Both the position numbers and the translations under genes were made by a program. Shown here one piece after another: positions 55,663 to 64,000 of a DNA stretch of 64,000 bases (the stretch's first letter is position 1; every line of letters begins with the position of its first letter). Source of the DNA: an uncultured Chloroflexia bacterium (GTDB lineage Bacteria > Chloroflexota > Limnocylindria > Limnocylindrales > CSP1-4); assembly GCA_963813335.1 (NCBI GenBank), contig CAWEYL010000001.1:800001-864000 (forward strand). Reading direction: 5' to 3'. The notes beneath the pieces are model-generated. The model saw only the letters and a list, made by a program, of their open reading frames with translations, made no database searches and was not told where the DNA came from.

Positions 55663-57231
55663 GTGCCCCTCAGCCTGCGCGACACCCTCTCCCGATCCAT
55701 CCGCCCCGTCGAGCCGCTCGAACCGGGCCGCGTCCGCATGTACACCTGCGGGCCGACGGTCTACCGCTACGCGCACGTGGGGAACCTGCGCAGCTACCTG
55801 CTGGCCGACCTGATCCGGCGGACGCTGCTGTACCACGGGATCGAGGTCTTCCACGTCAAGAACATCACGGACGTGGGGCACCTGCGCGACGAGCGCTTCG
55901 ACCGCGGCGAGGACCGGATGCTCGTCCAGGCCGGCCTCGAGCACAAGACGCCGGCCGAGATCGCGGCGGCATACGAGGCCGCGTTCCACGCCGACGAGGC
56001 CCTGGTCAACATCCTGCCCGCCAACGTCTTCCCGCGGGCGACGGAGCACATCCCCGAGATGGTGGCGCTCGCCGAACGCCTCGAGGACGCGGGCCACGCC
56101 TACGCGAGCGCCGAGGGCAACCTCTACTACTCGGTCGCGTCGTTCCCCGACTACGGCCGGCTCTCGGGCAACACCCTCGACGAGCTGCGCGCCGGCCACC
56201 GCGGCGAGATCGAGCCGGACAAGCGCGACTCGGCCGACTTCGCGCTGTGGAAGGCGGCCGGCGAGGGCCGCCTGCTCAAGTGGGCCACCCCACGCTGGGG
56301 CGAGGGCTACCCGGGCTGGCACCTCGAGTGCTCGGCGATGGCGATGCGCTATCTGGGCGACCGGTTCGACATCCACACCGGCGGGATCGACAACGTCTTC
56401 CCGCACCACGAGGACGAGATCGCCCAGTCGGCGCCGTTCGTGGGCGGGGTCCCGGCCAACCACTGGGTCCACGGCGAGTTCCTGCTGATGTCCGGCAAGA
56501 AGATGGCCAAGTCGGCCGGCAACTTCCAGCGCGTCACCGAGCTTGCCGAGCGCGGCATCGACCCGCTGGCGTTCCGCTATCTCGTGCTGACCTCGCGCTA
56601 CGCGCACAAGCTCGACTACTCGGACGAGTCCATCGACGGCGCCGCGTCGGCGCTTGCTTCGCTGCGGTCGCGGCTGCGGTCGCTCGGTCCGCCGCCGGCC
56701 GACGGCGTGTGGCGGGCGCCCGCCCCGCTCCGACCGGGTGCTGCCGGCGACCGCCCGGTCGGCATCGCGCCCGGTCCGTTGGGCCATGGCAGTGCGGACG
56801 GCACCCTGGACCGGGTCGATCGCGCCACCGCACCCGATGTCCCGCTCTCGGATGCCGGGCGGACGCTGCACCAGCGCTTCGTCGACGCCATCGATGACGA
56901 CCTTGACCTGCCGACGGCCCTGGTCACGGTCCGCGAGGCGCTGCGGTCGGACCTCCCGGCCGATGAGCGCCGCTACCTCGTGCTCGATGCCGACCGGGTC
57001 CTCGGACTCGACCTCGACCGCGTCTGGGACGAGCCCTCGGGCGCGGACGCGGTCCCCGACGACGTCCAGGCGCTGGCCGACGAGCGGGCGGCGGCTCGTG
57101 CGGCGCGGGACTTCGCCCGGGCCGACGCGCTGCGCGCCGAGATCGAGGCGGCGGGCTGGGAGGTCGTGGATGCGGCCGACGGCTCGACCGTCCGGCGCAG
57201 GGCCGGGAGGCCGAGGTCTAGCGGGAGCTGA
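55663..57231 (+). CDS. cysS: Cysteine-tRNA ligase
   Basis: CGPTVY, HVGN, DFALWK, PGWHLEC, FPHHEDE, KMAKS, C-terminal ADALR domain. Confidence 0.96.
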   Translation: MPLSLRDTLSRSIRPVEPLEPGRVRMYTCGPTVYRYAHVGNLRSYLLADLIRRTLLYHGIEVFHVKNITDVGHLRDERFDRGEDRMLVQAGLEHKTPAEIAAAYEAAFHADEALVNILPANVFPRATEHIPEMVALAERLEDAGHAYASAEGNLYYSVASFPDYGRLSGNTLDELRAGHRGEIEPDKRDSADFALWKAAGEGRLLKWATPRWGEGYPGWHLECSAMAMRYLGDRFDIHTGGIDNVFPHHEDEIAQSAPFVGGVPANHWVHGEFLLMSGKKMAKSAGNFQRVTELAERGIDPLAFRYLVLTSRYAHKLDYSDESIDGAASALASLRSRLRSLGPPPADGVWRAPAPLRPGAAGDRPVGIAPGPLGHGSADGTLDRVDRATAPDVPLSDAGRTLHQRFVDAIDDDLDLPTALVTVREALRSDLPADERRYLVLDADRVLGLDLDRVWDEPSGADAVPDDVQALADERAAARAARDFARADALRAEIEAAGWEVVDAADGSTVRRRAGRPRSSGS

Positions 57232-58189
57232 CGAGCAGGTCCCGCCGCGGGCCGAACCGGTCGATGATCCGGTAGAAGTTGCGCTTGCTCTGCCGATCGC
57301 GCTCGTCGTCGGGGAGGCTCGTCCAGCCGCGATGCTCGTGGCGGGCCAGCGGGAGGCCCTCGAGCGCGACCGCTCGGCGCGGCGTCTCCCCTGCCCCTTC
57401 GTCGCGGAGCACCAGGCTCCACCAGATGTCCAGGTTGCGGTAGAAGCGGAACTTGGGGTCGAACGGGCCGCGATCGCGGTAGTCGTCGCGGCGGAACGCC
57501 TGGACGTAGCCCTCGATCGCGTCGACGTCGCCGAGCGGCGCGTCGCGGAACTTCCGCAGGTCGTCGGAGACGATCCCGAAGGCGCCGGCGACCGCGATCG
57601 TCGGGTCCTCCAGGGCTCGACGCAGCGGGGTGACGAGGTCGCCGGTCGGTTCGACACTGGTGTCCGCGACGATGACCACGGCGCCGGTCGCGCGACGGAG
57701 CCCGATATCGAGCGCCTCGCCGTGGCCGAGCCGCGTCCCCGTCCAGGTGACCTCGAGCGGCCGGTCCGGATCGGCGGGCTCGCCTTCGAGGGCCGCCAGC
57801 CGCGCCGCCTGCTCCTCCGACGGCGCATCGGCGACCACGACGAGGCTCGTGCCGGCCGGAGCCTGCGCGCGCCACGCGGCGAGGGCGCGGTCCAGGTCCG
57901 CCGGCCAGTCCGTGGCGACCAGCACGACGGTTGCCTCGCCGACCGACGGCTCGTCCAGCCGCGACGGGACCGAGCGGCTCGACCCGTAGCGGATCCGCGC
58001 CCCCTCGTCGACGTCGGGGGCCGCGATCGGCGACAGCGCGAAGTCGGTCCCGCGGTCCACGACCTTCCAGCCGGCGGCCTCGATCTCCGCACGGAGCGCG
58101 TCGGCGCGCGCCCAATCGCGGTCGGCGCGGGCCTGCGATCGGGCATGGGCGGCGGAGAGGATCTCGTCGGGGATGCGCGTCCGCGTCAT
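57218..58189 (-). CDS. GT2 glycosyltransferase with N-terminal CysRS C-terminal-like domain
   Basis: First ~50 aa match the cysS C-terminus; GT-A elements TVVLV, LVVVAD, GHGEALDIGLRRATG..V...D, FDPKFRFY..D. Confidence 0.8.
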   Translation of the reverse strand: MTRTRIPDEILSAAHARSQARADRDWARADALRAEIEAAGWKVVDRGTDFALSPIAAPDVDEGARIRYGSSRSVPSRLDEPSVGEATVVLVATDWPADLDRALAAWRAQAPAGTSLVVVADAPSEEQAARLAALEGEPADPDRPLEVTWTGTRLGHGEALDIGLRRATGAVVIVADTSVEPTGDLVTPLRRALEDPTIAVAGAFGIVSDDLRKFRDAPLGDVDAIEGYVQAFRRDDYRDRGPFDPKFRFYRNLDIWWSLVLRDEGAGETPRRAVALEGLPLARHEHRGWTSLPDDERDRQSKRNFYRIIDRFGPRRDLLVSSR

Positions 58190-58222
58190 CGGGGCAGGAT
58201 AGCGGCCGTTAGCATTCAGGCC

Positions 58223-58975
58223 GTGGACGACATCGCCGACCGGAAGGAGCTGATCCGGCATCCGGGTTACGAGCTCTTCATCCTCGGGCTCTCCGTCTTT
58301 TCGATCTTCAACATCTTCATCGCGCTCCTGGCGAACGATCCGCAGATCGTCTCGATCGTCGAGATCGTCGACGCCCTGTCCTGCATCGTCTTTCTTGGCG
58401 ATTTCGCCTACCGGCTGATCTCGGCCCCGGACCGTCGGGCGTACATGAAATGGGGCTGGCTCGACCTCCTCGGGAGCTTCCCGTTCCCGGGCTTCCGCCT
58501 GCTCCGGACCGTCAGGATCTTCCGGGTCGTCCGGAGCATGCAGTTCGTCGGCGGACCCGCGATCCTGCGCACCCTGCTGCGCGATCGGGCCGGCAGCGCG
58601 ATCCTCGCGGTCTTCCTGATCACCATCATCGTGCTCGAATTCGCGGCGATCTTCATGCTGATCGCGGAGCGCGGCGACCCGGCCGCCAACATCAAGACCG
58701 GCGGCGACGCGCTGTGGTGGGCGCTCGTGTCGGTCACGACGGTGGGCTACGGCGACCGCTACCCCGTGACCGTCGGCGGCCGCTTCGTCGGCGCGGTCAC
58801 CCTGATCGTCGGAATCGGCCTGTTCAGCACGATCACCGGCTTCCTCGCCACCAAGCTTGCCAACCGGGCCAGCGATCAGCCCGTGCCACCGCCGCCGCTC
58901 GCGCACGAGGCTCGCGAGGCGGAGGGCGTCGTCGATCGCAGCGGGGCGGCCGACGGTCCGTCGGCCCGTCCGTAA
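58223..58975 (+). CDS. 6-TM potassium channel
   Basis: TTVGYGD filter, ALWW, S4-like FRLLRTVRIFRVVR. Confidence 0.92.
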   Translation: MDDIADRKELIRHPGYELFILGLSVFSIFNIFIALLANDPQIVSIVEIVDALSCIVFLGDFAYRLISAPDRRAYMKWGWLDLLGSFPFPGFRLLRTVRIFRVVRSMQFVGGPAILRTLLRDRAGSAILAVFLITIIVLEFAAIFMLIAERGDPAANIKTGGDALWWALVSVTTVGYGDRYPVTVGGRFVGAVTLIVGIGLFSTITGFLATKLANRASDQPVPPPPLAHEAREAEGVVDRSGAADGPSARP

Positions 58976-59182
58976 CGAGGCTGCAAGCCCGACGACCGCG
59001 CAGGGTTCTCGCCGCCGTGATGGACGCGCGCCTACGCTCCGGGCGGCGACGCCCCGCGACCCTCGTGGTCAGCAGCGTACCGACCTGACCCGGCCGGCGA
59101 CGGCGGGTCCCCGCGTGCCCCGGCCGATCCGTCCGACGCCGGCCGGGGCATGTGCCACCGCACGTCCCACCGAGGTGACCCC

Positions 59183-59572
59183 ATGTCGACCACCCGGCCG
59201 GTGCCTCCACGCTTCGAACGCGCAGCAGATGCGGCCACCCGCGCGCTCGGCTCGATGCCCGCGCTCGTCGGCTCGGTCCTGCTGGTGGTCGTGTGGGCAG
59301 CCACCGGACCGCTCTTCCAGTTCTCGGACACGTGGCAGCTGTTCATCAACACCACGACGACGGTGGTCACGTTCTGGATGGTGTTCGTGATCCAGAACAG
59401 CGCGAACCGCGAGGCGAAGGCGACCCAGCTCAAGCTTGACGAGCTGATCCGGGCGCTCGGCGACGCCCGCGACGAGTTCGTGCTCGTCGAGCGCGAGTCA
59501 GCCGCGGAGCTCGAGGCGCGCGAGAAGGGGTTCGAGCGCGTCGCCGCCGAGGGTCGGTCCGCCCAGGCCTGA
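59183..59572 (+). CDS. Low-affinity iron permease (Fet4-like)
   Basis: FSDTWQLFINT.TT.VTF, IQN..NR, KLDELI. Confidence 0.9.
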   Translation: MSTTRPVPPRFERAADAATRALGSMPALVGSVLLVVVWAATGPLFQFSDTWQLFINTTTTVVTFWMVFVIQNSANREAKATQLKLDELIRALGDARDEFVLVERESAAELEAREKGFERVAAEGRSAQA

Positions 59573-59592
59573 CGTGCGGCGGTCCCGCGCGG

Positions 59593-60006
59593 TCAGGCCC
59601 CGGGCTCGAACCGCTGCCCGTCGAAGGCCATCGACGCCCGGATGACGTCATCGATCACGGCCATGTCGACGTCCGCGTTGCGCTTGAAGCGGATGCAGCC
59701 GCGGCCGAGGCTGGCTTTCGGCAACCGGTCCGCATACGCCTCGACGCCCATCGGGCCCGCATAGAGCGAGATGTACGCCTTGTTCGAGGCAAGCGCGACG
59801 CACATCCACTCGCCGGTCCGGCCCGACGCATACCGGTAGCCATAGCGCCCGTAGCTCAGGAACCCGTGGTCGACGTACCGCCGGGCATCCGGGGCGATCG
59901 CCCGGATCCGGGCATCCAGCTCCTCGAGCTGTGGGCGGCGGACGTCGTCGAGGGCCGCCAGCCAGGCGTCCGCTTCGACTGGTGGCGTCGCGCGTTTGCC
60001 GTACAT
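59593..60006 (-). CDS. DUF1801 family protein
   Basis: YGRYGYRYASGRTGEW, KAYISLY, GRGCIRFK. Confidence 0.88.
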   Translation of the reverse strand: MYGKRATPPVEADAWLAALDDVRRPQLEELDARIRAIAPDARRYVDHGFLSYGRYGYRYASGRTGEWMCVALASNKAYISLYAGPMGVEAYADRLPKASLGRGCIRFKRNADVDMAVIDDVIRASMAFDGQRFEPGA

Positions 60007-60035
60007 CGGCCCATCCTATCGGGCCGTCGCAAGCG

Positions 60036-61922
60036 CTAGCGGCCCACCTGGATGACGCCATTCCAGAGGACGTAGTGCGTTCGATACGTGTCCGAGTGGA
60101 TGACCTTGCCGCCCTTGCGGACGACGCGCGAGACCGAGACATCCATCCCGTTCGCCGGGAACTCGGTCTGCAGACGCACGCCCGGCCGCAGCGTCGAGAC
60201 GTAGTCGATCGAGGTCGTCGCCTGCCGGACGTTGGACACCGAGGGGCTGCTCAGGCCGACCGTGCGTCCGTCCGGGATCCCCCAGATCTCGTAGCGCACC
60301 CAGCCCCGCCCGCCGGCCGTGTACCGGTACGAGCGGATCACGATCGGGTTCTTCATGTCGTTCGTGAACGACATCGTCTGGGTGCCGCCACCGCGGGTCT
60401 TCGACACGGTCGCATCGAGGCCGAGCGGGTAGCGATAGATGTAGTACTTGTGATTCGAGCGCGCGCCCATCTGCAGCCCGGCCCGCAGCGCCGCGTTGAA
60501 CAGCGTCGTCGAGCTCGAGCACATGCCACCGCCGAGGGCGCCCGTCGGTTCCGTGTGGTCCCCGGCGATGAACCCACCCGGGCCGAAGCCGCGCGACGGC
60601 GTGACCGGCCCGACCGCGCTCCACCACTCGAACTTCTGGCCGGGCCGGAGGACGGTCCCATCGATGATCCTGGCCGGGATCCAGATGTTGGCTCCGAAGA
60701 AGTTGTGGTCGTTGACCGGGAACCAGGTCTTCCACGTGCCCAGGATCTGCATGACCGGCGCCGTCTTCGCCGCCTGCTCGGTCGTCAGCTTCGGGGCCAC
60801 GGCCGCGAGCTTGACCTTGACGCTCGGCACCTTGGCCCCGCCCGCCCGGCCGTCGAGCACCTGCATGATGGCGGCCGAGGTCGCCACCGGGTCGAGCTTG
60901 CGACCGGGCTTGTCGGGCGTGACCCCGACGATCTTGCCGTTGCGCGCCTTCAGGTAGGAAGCGGAGACCGCCGGGATCTTCACGGCCTTGGCGACGTTCG
61001 TCAGGGCCTTGGCGATCGCGGTCCGGTCGACCACCGGCCAGGGCGAGCCGTCGGCCTGCGTTCCGAACTGGATCCAGCTCCGGACGACGGCGGCCTTGAT
61101 GGCCCATCTGTCACTGCCATGCGTCACCACGATCCCACGGGCCATCCGCTCCGCGGCGTACTTCGCCGCGAGCGTGTCGACCAGGCCGTGCGCCGGCTGG
61201 ATCGTGACGCCATCCGCCTCCACCACGAGCTCGTCCGGTGCGTCGGTCCGGCCGAGTGCGGCCACGGCCGTCGCGGCGGCGGTCGTGCCATCGAAGGACC
61301 GGCCGGTCTGGCTTGGCGTCACCGTGATCGTCTTGGGACCCATGACCACATGGCTGTCAAGCGCCGGCCGTGTCAGCCGAGCGAGTCCCGCGTCGATCTT
61401 CGCGGTGAGCGCCGCGGGGTCCAGCGACAGCCACGGCTCCAGCGTCAGTCCCGTGGCCGCCATGCGGACCTCACCGACCGCCCGCTCCAGGGGTGTCCCG
61501 GCGCGCCCGGTCGCCATCGCCGCATCGACCATCTCGTCGACGCTCGCGCGTCGCGAGAACTCGGCGTACGGGATCGTGACATCGCCCGCACTCGTCCTGA
61601 CGACGAGGCGTCCGGCGCCATAGCCCGCGAAGGCCGCCTTGAGTGCCGCCGTCGCCTGCGCCCGGTCCATGCCCGACAGGTCGGTGCCACCCACCCGGAC
61701 ACCGGGAAGGACGCGGCCCTCGTAGCTCGCATCCGCGGCGAACAGGCCCGCGCCGGCCAGGGCGACGCACAGCGCGAGCCCGAACACGAACCCGGTGAGC
61801 ATGCGGAGCCAGATGCGCGGCGCGTGACCGGCCGCGGCCGTCCCAGCCGGAGCCTCGGCGACCGGGGTCTCGGTCGCCACGGGAAGCGCGTCGTCGATGG
61901 TCGTGGTCATGGAGGTACGCAT
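60036..61922 (-). CDS. VanW family protein with PG-binding repeats
   Basis: GGGMCSSSTTLFNA, RSNH, GLDATV; N-terminal TM. Confidence 0.9.
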   Translation of the reverse strand: MRTSMTTTIDDALPVATETPVAEAPAGTAAAGHAPRIWLRMLTGFVFGLALCVALAGAGLFAADASYEGRVLPGVRVGGTDLSGMDRAQATAALKAAFAGYGAGRLVVRTSAGDVTIPYAEFSRRASVDEMVDAAMATGRAGTPLERAVGEVRMAATGLTLEPWLSLDPAALTAKIDAGLARLTRPALDSHVVMGPKTITVTPSQTGRSFDGTTAAATAVAALGRTDAPDELVVEADGVTIQPAHGLVDTLAAKYAAERMARGIVVTHGSDRWAIKAAVVRSWIQFGTQADGSPWPVVDRTAIAKALTNVAKAVKIPAVSASYLKARNGKIVGVTPDKPGRKLDPVATSAAIMQVLDGRAGGAKVPSVKVKLAAVAPKLTTEQAAKTAPVMQILGTWKTWFPVNDHNFFGANIWIPARIIDGTVLRPGQKFEWWSAVGPVTPSRGFGPGGFIAGDHTEPTGALGGGMCSSSTTLFNAALRAGLQMGARSNHKYYIYRYPLGLDATVSKTRGGGTQTMSFTNDMKNPIVIRSYRYTAGGRGWVRYEIWGIPDGRTVGLSSPSVSNVRQATTSIDYVSTLRPGVRLQTEFPANGMDVSVSRVVRKGGKVIHSDTYRTHYVLWNGVIQVGR

Positions 61923-62040
61923 GATGCACCGCCGGCGTTCCGGGTCAATCCCACCTTCGACAGCGGTCGGTCAGGGGGTAGGCGGTGCTGTGACGCGACG
62001 GAGGCCGGCGATGTTGCCGACGAGCTCCGACGTCTGCGGG

Positions 62041-63789
<1,749 letters not shown>

Positions 63790-63888
63790 TCATGGAAGCC
63801 GGCGGCGCCCGACCGAGGAAGGCACGGGTGTTAGGGGTACCCGCAGTGCCTCCCACGTCGCGGCTACCGGGCCTACCGTAGCGCTGAC

Positions 63889-64000
63889 ATGAGCAACGCC
63901 GACGACATCCGCGAATTCCTCACCACGCGCCGAGCGCGCCTCACCCCGGAGCGGGCCGGCCTGCCCAGGTACGGCCTCCAACGCCGCGTGGCCGGGCTCC
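63889..64000 (+). CDS. MmyB-like XRE regulator (partial, runs off window)
   Basis: MSNADDIREFLTTRRARLTPERAGLP...RRVAGL; divergent from the AKR. Confidence 0.88.
   Translation, partial: MSNADDIREFLTTRRARLTPERAGLPRYGLQRRVAGL

Noticed and set aside
55663-57231. cysS as a mycothiol ligase MshC
   Set aside because: It retains the C-terminal anticodon-binding domain that MshC lacks
60036-61922. vanW as a vancomycin resistance locus
   Set aside because: No vanHAX or vanRS nearby; the architecture matches widespread cell-wall VanW-domain proteins

Overview
High-GC bacterial chromosome segment. Gene content and order suggest a monoderm lineage, probably Chloroflexota (inference). It is mostly housekeeping: recX/recA/tgt/ruvB, ruvA/ruvC/yebC, an EF-G2 paralog, a his cluster led by a TrpR-like regulator, tyrS, PBP1A, mutS2/mpg/cvpA, pheST, rplT/rpmI/infC, T-box-thrS, tRNA-Val(GAC), RNA methyltransferases, an oppA-peptidase-DUF881 operon and cysS. 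Many genes, including essential ones, carry single-base frameshifts, most likely long-read consensus errors. Best candidates for novelty: (1) a GT2 glycosyltransferase next to cysS whose N-terminus copies the CysRS C-terminal tRNA-binding domain (27/40 aa identical); (2) an accessory block between the thrS T-box and tRNA-Val encoding a GNAT, a zf-UBP protein, a ferritin-like protein, a STAND-LuxR ATPase and a ferredoxin-class III nucleotide cyclase fusion; (3) a TGT with queuine-salvage-type residues; (4) an unannotated 54-aa ORF upstream of recA; (5) a tandem TrpR-type operator in the his divergon. No CRISPR array, transposase or integrase was seen. All family calls come from motif recognition by eye, not database searches.
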